This document shows, piece after piece, positions 52,717 to 64,000 of a stretch of 64,000 bases of DNA. This DNA is from Oikopleura dioica (lineage: Eukaryota; Animalia; Chordata). Below the pieces are notes generated by a model, which had not been told where the DNA came from, did no database searches, and saw only the letters and a program-made list of their open reading frames with translations. The first letter of the stretch is position 1. Every line of letters begins with the position of its first letter. Location of the stretch: positions 8,370,001 through 8,434,000 of the forward strand of contig OU015569.1 of NCBI GenBank assembly GCA_907165135.1, given 5' to 3'. Both the position numbers and the translations under genes were made by a program.

Positions 52717-54520
52717 ATGAGTCTATTACATGATGACAGGCAAGACGATAATAGTCATCACAATGCGTCCTTTAGCAGGGGAAGCGGTCTGTTAAAATCT
52801 ATCAGAAGAAGCTTCAGAAAGCGTAAGCCAAAGCCACCTCAACTGACAGCGGACGCCCAAAAGCCTGTAGAATGGCAAGACGACGAGAGGAAAGTGAACG
52901 ATGGAACTTGTGAGTTTCGGGTACGTTTCTTTTCTTGATGACCAGTTTATAAAATTTTTCCAGGTTAAGTATCTGGGATGCGCTGAAGTCGCCGAACCAC
53001 GTGGTATTCATCATTGTGAGGAAGCTGTGAAACGGCACAAGCTGAGAAGACAACGTAACAAACCCAGAGCTGTGTTGGTCATCTCGCCCGATGCTGTACG
53101 GCTGATAAAAGAAAAGAGCAAGCAACTAATACTCGACCAGTCGATTGAGAAGATATCTTTCTGTGCACCAGATAGCACTTATGAGGCCGCCTTTTCTTAC
53201 ATTTGCCGAGATGGTGCAACGAAAAGGTGGATGTGCTACAGGTTAGTGCAGAAACATGTCTACGCGGCTATCAAAAATTTTAGTTTTTCATCGATGACCA
53301 AAGAAGGTGAACGTTTATCGAATGCATTCGGTGCTGCCTTCAGAGCATGTTACGACAAAAAGAAAAGTCTCCAACTTGCAGAGAATAGAATCAGAGAAGA
53401 AACTTCGTTCATGAGCGAGCAGCCAGTAACTACAAAAGCGGAAATTATTGTTACAAAGCCTGAGAGTGATCCGGGCTATTGCGAGCCACCGAAAAGCGAT
53501 AATTCTGAATCAAGGTTAGCTCTGCTGCCGTTACGGCGTTAACTTTTCAATCTAGCAAAGAGGAATCGAAGAAAATCAAGTTCGAGATCAAATCCTTACC
53601 GCGCCCTCAAGCTCCAGAAGAATTAAAAAGACAGCCAAGCTTTAAACTATTCGTGCCATCGAAAAATGCTTTCAAGACGTCGAGCTTACGGGAAGATAAA
53701 CTACAAATTAATGTTGAAAAATTTCGAGGCCATCAAGTCCTTAACCCTGTACCTGAACTAGAGCCTGAAAATACAAAGCCAATACAAGCGGTGCAGCCTT
53801 TTAGACGGAATATTCTCCAAAGTCAAAGCATGCAAGTAATGTAAGTAATAAATGAAATTTTAATAAGAAGGTAAAATGTTTGAAGGCGTCCTGCTCCAAA
53901 GCCAATAGCGCAACCAATTCGCGAGAGTAACCCCTGGTCCACTCAAGAAGAGGAAAAGGATAAATTCCACTTCGAAAGCGCATTTCCCGCAGCAACTCGT
54001 GAAGAAGCCCCCTCGGTCACAGACGATGGCCAGTCGGAGGTTGGCTCGACTGATTGCTCCGGAGCGGGAGACCGATGGATTGAAAGTATATCCCGCGATG
54101 TAATTCCTTTGCTAAAGACTGGCGAGTCTGGATCTTCAGTGGGCATTTCTACGCCACGATTAAGCCAAAGAGGGAAAACTCCGCCTGTTATACCAGCTCG
54201 AAGTGGTTTCAATCGCTTTAACCCAGCTTACGCGAGCCAGCGAATGCCAAACTCGTACTCAGCTCCGACCGGCGCTTTCCAGAGAAGCTATAGTGTCCGA
54301 TATGTAAGTAACTTTAGTCGATAAAAAACGCTCATTTCACACAAAGACTGGATCGGCTGGTATGTCGTCAACCTCGAGCTCACCGAATCCTTTCCAAGAT
54401 GCCCCCTTCCCGGACTTTTCCTCCCAGTGGGAAGCTCTTGGCCAAAAACGTACCCCGAGCTCGTTAAACACCAGTACTAGTGAAACACCAAAAAATGGAC
54501 CGCCCTTTTTATCTATTTAA
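52717..54520 (+). CDS. NUMB: Numb (PTB-domain endocytic adaptor)
   Basis: IRRSFRK..KPVEWQDDE..F.VKYLGCAEV..RG, DQSIEKISFCAPD, FSYICRDG, GERLS.A.G.AF. C-terminal NPF. Confidence 0.9.
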
Positions 54521-54943
54521 CGCCTCTACTTTTCTCTTTGTCCTCTAACCACATGTTTACCTCACTCACCCACAGGATAAAGTGAATTCGCTCATATCTC
54601 TTACTTCTGTTTCTGATTAAGTGGCCTTATGGTGAGATAAATAATTTTTTCAAATGATTTTCTTCGAATGATGCAATTTGACACTATGTAGATTTTCCGT
54701 GTACGTTCAGAACACAGCATTCCTCCCTCTGTTTCCAATTAATATTTCAGATAATTTAATTTCTTTCACTTCTCTCTATAATATAGAGTCTATATTCAGG
54801 TTATGGATATACTGTACTTCTTTCAATCTTCGATTTACCCGCTGTTTTCTTCGCTGAATATGAGTATTCTTTGTATTTACAATTGTCTTTTGCAATTATT
54901 GATAACAATTTAAAAGTCATTTCTTATATTGTCAATTTCAGAA

Positions 54944-57900
54944 ATGGGCATCAAAGAGCGCAGGGCGAAATTTCAGGACAAGAAATCGTTAGTCAAGCCT
55001 AACAGTGGAAAACCAAAAGGAAAGTCCAAACCATTTTCAAAGAAATTTGCTGGAGGAAAAGACCAGAAAAGTGATTCCAAATTCACGCAGAAGAGAAATG
55101 ATGGAAAGTTTAAGACAAAAAGACAGTTTCCGGAAACGAATGAGGACCTCGAAGAAGCTTCTGTGAAAGAAGAGAAAGACTTAAAATCCGAAGTGAAGGA
55201 AGAAGCGAAGAGTGAATCGGGCAAAGTTTACAAAGTGTCTATTTCCGGATTGAAGAGCCCATCTTTTGCAGCCCTCCGCGAACTGACCAAGAAAAACAAC
55301 ATCGTTACCGACGAATTTGAAATCAACGAAGACTCCGTGACGATCGCATATAAAGCAAAGAAACACGCGTTGAAAGCGTGCAACGTCCTCTGTGGACTCG
55401 AGTACGAAGGAAGCAGTATCCACGCGTCACTGGTCGGAGATAACGATGCAAAGAAAGCTAGAAGAACGCGGCTTATCATTCGAAACCTCCCTTGGTCATG
55501 TACGGAAGAGAAACTGAAAAATGTCTTCCACAAGTTCGGAGCGGTTACGGAAGTCAAGATTCCGCTCAAAGCCGACGGGAAAATGAGGGGCTTTGGATTC
55601 GTCCAGTTTACACACGGACATGAAAGCGCAAAAGCTGTGAAGGCGGTAAGGGAAATTGATAACAGACGGGTTGCTGTAGATTGGTGTCTTCCCAGAGAAG
55701 ATTATCAGGCAGAAAATAAAGAAACGAGCGAGACGACGGAACCTCAAGAAGACAATGACTCATCAGATGAAGAAGAGGAGCCAACTAACGACGAAGATGA
55801 TGAAAACAAAATCGCTCCGATCGGAACAATGTCATCGACAGAAGAAGAGGACTCTTCAGACGAAGAGGAAGAGGTCATTGACGAAGCACCTCAAAATCGA
55901 GTGAAAACGAAACCAGAAAAGAAGCAAAAAAAGGTTGAGGTCGACACATCAGACGTGACAGAAGGCCGCTCTGTTTTTCTGCGGAATTTGCCATTCGACG
56001 CTTCTATGGAGGATTTAGAAGAACTTGTCAAGCCTTACGGAAAAGCGGTAAAGGTCTCTATCGTCAAGAATGAAGTCGGCGTTTCAAAAGGAGTTGCTTT
56101 CGTTGAGTTCGAAACAAAAGACGAAGCTGACAAGTAAGAATCTTAACAGTCTTCTTTTTCATGTAACATTTCCTCTAGAGATGAATTACCATAAGAATTT
56201 TTCGGGCAAAAAAATTTTTTTTGAGATATTGGTATATTCTGAAAGTCCAAGTCAAAATTAGTCGATTCCCAAATTTCTAGGGCTCAATGACGTCATTATG
56301 ACGTCATTTATGATGAATAAATGTCCGAAAAGGCTCCAAATTCATGAAACTTTGGAACGCTTTTTGAGGCTGTTTTTGCTGGAAATAGATTTTTCTATTG
56401 ATGGCATGTTGTTCGCCATCAAAAACTACGTAGGGACCCGAGGTTTATTTTTCGAACCGACCGGTTTCAAAAATTGAACCGGTCGGTAATGGTTGATATT
56501 CAATGGTTTGATCCCGGGTCCCTACGTAGTTTTGGTCGATACTGAATATGTAACGAATGTAACGAATGTAACGAGTTTGCTGACAATGTAACGAAAACGG
56601 AGACATGTTGTTTTTTTGTTAGCTGATTCTAGAAACTTTTTCTAAAGAGCGATCTTGGGGAGTTTTACTTTATTCAACAATTGAATATATCGAAAAGAGC
56701 AAAAAAAGACAAAAAGAATGCAGAATAGCATAAATATGGTAGATTCGTTTTCCAAACCTGCTCTGAATGATTAAAAACGCCCGCTCCGCGGGTAAATTTG
56801 TAGGAAACTCAAGGGGATGAAATAAGATAAACAAAAAATCTCTAGAATTTTACTGACAATGTAACGAGAAAAAGACATGTTTTTGAGTTTTCGTTACATT
56901 CGTTACATTCGTTACATATTCAGTACCGTCGGTAGTTTTTCATGGAAAATCCGAATCCGTCGAGAAAAATAAAATTAAAAAACGTTTTCGGCTCGAAAAA
57001 GCGTTCCAAAGACAAAATTTTCAAATCAGCCCGATGACGTCATAATGACGTCATCTGACCCTAGAATTTGGTGATTCTGTATAACTTTTTACGGGCTTTC
57101 AGAATATACCAATATCTCAAAAAAAATTTTTTTGCCCGAAAAATTCTTATGGTAATTCATCTAGAGTTGTCGTACATACGAAGGAGCTCTCCCTAAATGG
57201 ACGAGCCGTCTTCGCCAGAACGGCCTTGCCTCAATCCACCGTCGAAAATATGAGAAAAGTAAAGGAAATAGAAAAGAATGCAAAGAACGACAAACGCAAC
57301 CTTGCTCTGGCGAAGGAAGGCGAAATTCGCGAGGGCTCAAAAGCATGGAACGTAAGTAAAAAGATATATCTGTTTATTGGATGTGATTTTCTCCAGAAAA
57401 TATAAGCTTTGCTGGCAGTTTCGCTTACTTGAGCTGTTTCAGCAGGCCGGCTCGCCGTAGACCCTTAAAAGTAAAATTAAAAAATAAAGTTACAAGTAAA
57501 GTTAGCCTGTTCGTAAGACGGAACGTACCTTGACCGCGTAGTTGGTTGCGATGAAATAGTAGGGCCATTTAACGGGAGCGATAATAAATTCGTAGATCAC
57601 CCATGTTGCTGCTAAGTCGATCAGAAACTTCTTTGTCAAATATTGATCGGGAATTTTGACTGGCGAGTATTTCATTAGCACTTGCATGAACTTGGGAGGT
57701 TCGCTTTCTTCGCCTTCTTTCGGCAGGTGATGATCGACATCGATTCCCAAATTCCGAATCCATGCTTGGAAGAAAATTTTACCTCATTCGCGAGTAAGCG
57801 ACTTACGTTGATCAAGAGTTTGACGGGTGAACTCGGATATGTCTTCGTAGCCGAACTTGGAGGGCAAATGGTAGCATAGGTACATGAGAGGCGTGAAAGA

Positions 57901-60204
57901 GCCGAATTTGATAACTAGAAATACGCTTCCATTTTGTGCCAGAAAGCGTCGTGAGTTTTTCCATCTTTCTACTAAAGAACCAGAATTTCGCAGCGTCGAT
58001 TGCCGAATTGGATTAACTATCCTTCAACTGATTCTCCACTTTTACTCAAGTCGTGAAAATAAAGTAAAAAGATGAAATGCTAATTTGACTGAGAACGAAG
58101 TTGGTTTCAATTCACTTGAAAATGAAAAATGGAGACATTCCTCGTGAAAATAGGCCTTCTTGATAAAACAGCTCTATTCATTTTTTCGCCTTCCTCTGCT
58201 GCACAATCCTATGAGTAATTAGGAGCTCAATGACTCACGGACTCACTCGAGCGTCGTTTCCTCAAACTAATCGATGCACACAATGTGGAATCGAAAATAA
58301 ATACAGCTATCTAGAATTCATTTTTTAGAGTATTTCCACTAGTTGGAAACTTTGCAATGTTAAGAAATTAGAAAATTTTTTTTTTTGATTTTTTTTAGTA
58401 AGGATCTACGGAAGAGTTTTTTCTTGTTTTCAGATGAGTAATGTAGTGAACTTTGGGAGTAGAATGGATCGCGTATTGTTGGCTGTGGAGGTGTCATTAG
58501 GGCGCTGAGGTAACTGGGCTTCGTGAAGCTTCTCGAAGGAATTATTGCGCTGTGACGTGAGCGCGCGCCGCCGCCGCTTATCTCCGAAACCCCAGCTTTT
58601 ACTCCCGCTTTCCCCAATCGTCTAGAACAACCCAAAATCGTCACTTGCCCCATTTTCTTTTGTCTCAGAGTGCCCTCCGAACTTTCTAAGAAAATTTGCC
58701 TTGGGCCAGGTACTTACTCAAAACAGCGCTTACTTCCATGAATCTGTCAAAATGAACTCGATTATTTTTACTTCAAAATTGAATATCTAACTCAGGGGTA
58801 CTCTACAGTGATAACTTTTTTTTTGCGGAGTTATATCGTTAAGAACTGATGAAGAATTCCTTGTTTTTTTTTACTTCAAATATAATGTAAAGATTTCTGG
58901 GGATAATAACATTCATTTTTATAGTTAACATTCTTTTCTTAGGAAATTTCCGAGCAAGACAGAGCTCGTAGACAAAAGTTCGCGGAACTCAAGTTTCAAA
59001 AGCTTAAAAATGTGGAGAACTTTGTCGATTCCTCGAAAATAGGAAGGGCTAGGCAAATTGTTAATTATTAATTAGATTTTTATTTTTACATAAAGTATTA
59101 AAAGTTTTCATTTTTCAAGCCTCAAAGTTATTCATAATATTCCGAAGAGCTTTAGCGAAGAGGATGTTCATTTGCTCGCCCGAAAGGCGGCGAACGGAGA
59201 CATTAAAAAGGAAGTGGGAAAGAAAAAATGTAAAACAGTATCGTGCCATCTCATGCGAAGCACTGACCCTGAAGAGCAGAACCAAAGGTGGATCGATACT
59301 CTTCTTATGTAATTTCTTAAATTTGTAGCCTCGGCTTTGCTTTCATCAAATTTCAACGCGAGGCAGACGCGATGAAAGCGCTTAGAATCCTGAACAATCA
59401 TCCGACGGCGTTTTTCGACGACAAACGACCGATCGTTGAGTTCGCCGTCGAGAACGCAAAAGCCTTGAAGATATTGGCGGATAGGAAGGAACGTAACTCG
59501 AAGAAGATCGAACTGAGGAAGAAGATGGAGGCGATGAATGTAGACGAACCAGAGCCGGGCCAGATTCCAAAGCGAAAACGACCGTGGCAGATCGCTCGCG
59601 AAGAGCGGAAGAAAAAGCGACGGGCGGCTAGACTGTAACAATTTTATCGGAATGCCATCTGGCTGAAACTCATATTTAAGTGAAGCAGCGGGAGATCAGG
59701 ACGGTACGTCTGCGGAGGCAAAGATCAATGAAACGAAAAGCGAACCATCTCAACCGAAGAATTCGTCGTTGAAAAAGAAGACATCTCCGAAAGAGTCAGC
59801 TAAAACTGATGAATATGATTCAAAGCCGGAGTACGGTGGAATGACGGTTCAGCGAGGAATAGGAATGGGTTTACTCGACTGACCGGCTCAATTAATGAGA
59901 TAACAGTTGAGAAACCTAAACAGCTGGTCAACTGAAGCGACCAAAACATTCGGGAACGAAAATTCGAGCTCGTGACAAAGGAAAGATTACTCTTCAGCGA
60001 CAGCAAGAGCGGAAGCTCAAACGGAAGGAAAACCTGAAGAAGCTGAGGTATTTGATTTACTCTCATTGTTAGTTAATGTTTTATAGTGTATCTGTTAAAA
60101 AGGAAAAAGGCGTGAAACCGAAAGAACGGAAGGAAGATCAGTCCTTTGACTCGTTGGTTGCAAATTATAAAAGCAAAATTTCAGCTGGTCTGAAGCTCTT
60201 GTAA
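54944..60204 (+). CDS. RBM28: RBM28/Nop4 multi-RRM nucleolar protein
   Basis: RLIIRNLP, MRGFGFVQF, VAVDW, VFLRNLPFD, DKRNLALAKEG, RPIVEFAVEN, KIRARDKGK, FDSLVANYKSK. Contains a foldback element and a nested gene in its introns. Confidence 0.88.
56180..57161. mobile_element. Foldback/MITE with long TIRs inserted at an RBM28 splice acceptor
   Basis: ~65-bp near-perfect TIR GATGAATTACCATAAGAATTTTTCGGGCAAAA..CTGAAAG, with imperfect arms continuing ~180 bp. TSD TAGA (equivalently CTAGAG if the ends are read 1 bp inward). Internal AATGTAACG x3 and its inverse. Confidence 0.92.
57502..58050 (-). CDS. FAM210/DUF1279-like small membrane protein nested antisense in an RBM28 intron (upstream exons possibly to ~58650)
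   Basis: RFLAQNGSVFLVIKFGSF..LCY and DLAATWVIYEFIIAPVKWPYYF resemble DUF1279. GT-AG intron near 57770-57806. Confidence 0.55.
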
Positions 60205-60279
60205 AATATAATCTGCCTGAGTTAATGATTGACACTGACCATGAATTCGTTTGTAGAATGCCAACGGCGAGAGTTTGAG

Positions 60280-62103
60280 ATGCCGTTGAGTGTGAAATCG
60301 GGATATTCGGCAACGTCGTCAGCATATACTCCGAACTGCACTCCGAAGCCAAAAGATGCCCTTCTCAAGGTTCATTTTATTCTGATAAACGACGCTTCAA
60401 CCGAGCTTTAGGTGTGGAAGTTCTGCAGGAGACTGCTTTACGTTCGCCAGATGGACTTCCAATATGCTCTTTGCAGGGGTGACCATTTGGGCATTGGGCA
60501 AATCGGGCAATTTTCGGGCAAAAACGCTTTTGGGCGGGTATTTGGTCGGCTCAACGCCTGAAAATAGGCTGGGCAACATGGGATACGTCGGGCATTTGGG
60601 CATTTTCTGGGCAGTTGGGCACCATTGGGCAGCTGGGCAAATGCCCACCGGGGAAAATCACGAACGTGGGCGTTTTCCTGCCCGCTTATTGGTCGTTAAG
60701 CTCGCAAAGAAAAAAAAGATATAAGGAGAAGGTTCTGCAAGGGTGTGTGAAGTGGACCTCAATGGTTAGCTGTCTACCTTTGACCTCCTGATCCTTTTAT
60801 GAAAATATCCACCCCGTTAACTCGACTTTTTTGCGGAGATGGTTCTGCAAGGGTCTGTGAAGTGCACCTTGAAGGTTAGCTGTCTACGGTAGACTCTACC
60901 CTTGACCTCCAGATCCTTTTTATCCCTTATTTTTGAACCCCTTGTTCGAGACGGTTATGCAAGAGTGTGTGAAGTGGACCTTTATGGTTAGCTGTCTATT
61001 CTTGACAACCGGACGGAACTTTTACATAATTATTTTTTCGACCCCTTTTAAATATTTTTCAAACCTTTCAAGAGCCTTTTTTTGCTTAAAATTCGTTCAA
61101 TCACTTCAACTGAAACAAATTATTAAAAGAAAAGTAAAAAAGAAAAGTTTTAAGAAGCCTGAAATGCCGGGAAAATTTTTGCCCGAAAAATTGCCCAATC
61201 GCCCGATTGGGCATTCTGGGCACATTGGACTGGTCGGGCATTTGGTGGGCCCGGGTCTTGATTTTTGGTATTGGGCGGGCAATTGGTCGGCCCGACGATA
61301 ATTTTTTGCCCAAATGGTCACCCCTGCTCTTTGGCAAGTGCACAAATTGCTAACATGTCCGCAGAAGCTTTACGTCGACTTCCAATACAGGTAAGCGTTT
61401 CTGATTCATCCATCACTAAAGAAACTCAAGAAAAACAACAAAAGGTCAATTCGCTCGAGATGATCCTGCCTTTCTCGTCATGTTGGCGTTAACATTCATT
61501 ATTCTTACGCTCAGTTTCGGTGTTCTTACAAGTCTCCCGATTCGGGACATGCTATTTGTGATGTTTTGGCTCGTTGGGATCGATTGTATTGGCTGCGGCA
61601 TGTTGGTTGCAACATTCTTCTGGTTTATTGGAAATAAATTTCTTCTGTCACATCCCCGTTCAAGAGGTATTTGGATTGATATTTTTTGATTTACTTTTTT
61701 CGCTCAGGCAACGACTTGGAGTGGGGCTTTTGTTTCGATGTACACTTAAACTCTTTCTATCCCTTTCTGATAATTCTTCACGGTGCTCAACTGCCGTTTC
61801 TTTGGCTCATCAACGGAAGCGAAAACTTCCTGCCCATACTTCTCGGAAACAGTTTTTGGCTTGTCTCTCTAACTTATTACTGGTACATTACTTTCCTCGG
61901 CTACAAGTAAGTTCGCGTCTGATCTTCACAAAGCTAACTTTCTGTTTAGTATTCAGCCGAATCTACAAAAAAGTACAGTATATCTGCTTCCATTGGTGCC
62001 TATAGCCTTATCTTTTGTATTATCATGCATTTTCCGATTGAACTGGACGTCTGGTATGGTCAGTTTCTATCAACATCGAATAGGCCACACGCCGAGCAAC
62101 TAA
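60280..62103 (+). CDS. UNC50: UNC-50 homologue, exon 2 interrupted by hAT-like element
   Basis: RRLLYVRQMDFQYAL[W]QVHKLLTCPQKLY..FQYR, TKGQFARDDPAFLV, LEWGFCFDVHLNSFYP, YYWYITFLGY. Confidence 0.9.
60474..61326. mobile_element. Non-autonomous hAT-like transposon, copy 2
   Basis: Same TIRs and internal repeats as 36199-37492, 853 bp. Flanking direct repeat CTCTTTG (7 bp). Confidence 0.93.
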
Positions 62104-62301
62104 CAACGACGATCTCATACTATTCAACTTTTAACTCTTGTACCCCTACTAGCCAAGGACATGTCTTCATATTACTCCTTACAGTGCAAAGCATTCACAC
62201 TTCGCTTTTCGCATTCTGTCCAGAGTCGGAAATTCATAACTTGTTCAATCTGTCTACTGGATCGAATCAGAAAATATGATGGAACAAAAGATCCATTAAG
62301 A

Positions 62302-64000
62302 ATGTCGTCGACGCTTCGGCGCTTTCGACAGATATGCAGTCGAACGTGGAAAACCTCTAATCTAAGGTGAGCGTTAAACACCCTTGTTATTAACAAGCTG
62401 TTACTATATTTAATTATCGTCTTCTTACATTTCCGTCTTAGGCGTATCATGTCTTATGCTATGATGCCTGCTCCGAATCTGAGCGAAAAACGACACGGCG
62501 GGAACGTCGTGGCGAGCGTTTTGAAGGCGAATGCTGTTGATTCCATCTTTGTGCTCTCCGGCGGACATGTCTCACCAATATTTGTCGGCTGCGAAGAACT
62601 CGGAATACGCGTGATCGACACACGAAATGAGTCAAATGCAGTGTTTGCAGCCGATGCGAATGCTCGACTAACCGGCGGCATCGGGGTAGCTGTTGTTACT
62701 GCTGGCCCGGGTGTTACCAACACGGTTACAGCGCTGAAAAACGCTCAAATGGCGGGAAGCCCCGTTCTACTTCTCGGTGGCGCTGCGGCGACTTTGCTGA
62801 AGGGGAGAGGGGCCCTTCAAGACATCGAGCAACTGGATGTTCTGAGAACTGTGTGCAAGGAAACGTTTACTGTCTCCACTGTGCGCGACATTGTACCAAC
62901 ACTACACAGTGCGATTGAATGCGCGATTTCTGGCAATCCTGGACCGGTGTTCGTTGAATTGCCGATCGACACTCTTTACCCGATGGAGATGGCACAAAGT
63001 GAGCTAAACCCGCCTACTGGTAATACTGCAGGAGCGAAAGTTGTGAAACTTTTTCTGGACGCTTACATTCACAATCTCTTCACGCGAGGATTCGACAACT
63101 CAGCTTCGATGATTACTCCGAGAGCTCTTCCAATTTCAGAAGGGGCCGTAGAGGATGCGAAGTCGTTACTCCTCCAAGCTAAACGGCCTGTCTTCGTTCT
63201 TCAATCACAGACAGTTCTTCAACCGTCAAAGCTTCATCATCTCGCTGATCTTCTTGAGAAGACCGGCGCTCCAGTTTTTCTCGGAGGAATGGCCAGAGGA
63301 TTATTAGGTGGCGAATCTACTGTTCAATGTCGACACGCACGTGGAAATGCTCTGAAAGAAGCCGATGTAATCTTTTTGTGCGGAGTTCCACCCGATTTTC
63401 GTCTTAATTACGGCAGAAACCTCCCAAAATCTGCGAAAATCGTCACAATAAATCGTGACCCTGACGCGTTAAAGCAGAACACTGATCTTTTCTGGAAGCC
63501 GAAGATGGCTGTTAACGCGGACCCAGCTGATTTCATGATTGCTCTCCTTGAGAAATGTCCATCTAATGTCGCACCAGAGTGGCTTGAGACATGCAAAAAT
63601 CGAGACGATGATCGTGACGAAGAAATAGCTGAGAAAGCGTCATCACCCGCGACTGATGGAATTAATCCAATTCATTTGTTTAGGGAGCTTGACTCTATTC
63701 TGCCAGACGATACCATCCTTATCGCCGATGGTGGTGACTTTGTTGGTACTGGTAGCTACATCTTACGTCCTAGAGCTCCTCTTAGCTGGCTTGACCCAGG
63801 TGCTTACGGTACACTCGGTGTTGGAGGTGGATTCGCACTTGGTGCGGCGGCGGCTTTTCCTGATCGTCCAGTTCTTATTGTCTACGGTGATGGGTCCTGC
63901 GGGTATTCCTTGATTGAGGTGGATTCGATCAAACGACTTGGCTTCGATAATATCCACTGTATTATTGGCAACGATGGCCGATGGAATCAAATCCTTCGCG
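62302..64000 (+). CDS. ILVBL: ILVBL/HACL2 acetolactate-synthase-like ThDP enzyme; 3' end beyond window
   Basis: [75 protein letters not shown]. Not in the ORF track because no stop codon falls within the window. Confidence 0.92.

Overview
Eukaryotic genomic DNA from a very compact, gene-dense genome. It has short (~35-100 bp) introns, GA-AG introns and runs of closely spaced same-strand genes preceded by TTTCAG/TTTAG acceptors. This pattern fits an appendicularian tunicate such as Oikopleura dioica (inferred, not verified). About 22 spliced genes are recognisable: ERCC6L/PICH, two tandem multi-domain GH1 (klotho/lactase-like) genes, an IRS-like adaptor, PPM1K, DCLK, two adenosine kinases, RPE, a divergent TAB1, a ZFP36-family gene, geminin, SNX9/18/33, kinesin-1, TMEM129, Numb, RBM28 (with a nested antisense FAM210-like gene), UNC50 and ILVBL. 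The most striking signal is that three unrelated non-autonomous DNA transposons sit inside coding exons or exactly on a splice acceptor of otherwise intact genes (GH1-B, RBM28, UNC50). Each has a sequence-level route to being spliced out in frame, so these are candidate transposon-to-intron conversions. Second, the GH1 pair consists of a secreted, apparently catalytically dead two-domain klotho-like protein and a three-domain membrane enzyme. The tail of the first duplicates the N-terminal exon of the second and could splice into it. Exon boundaries were read by eye and all identifications come from remembered family motifs, not database searches.
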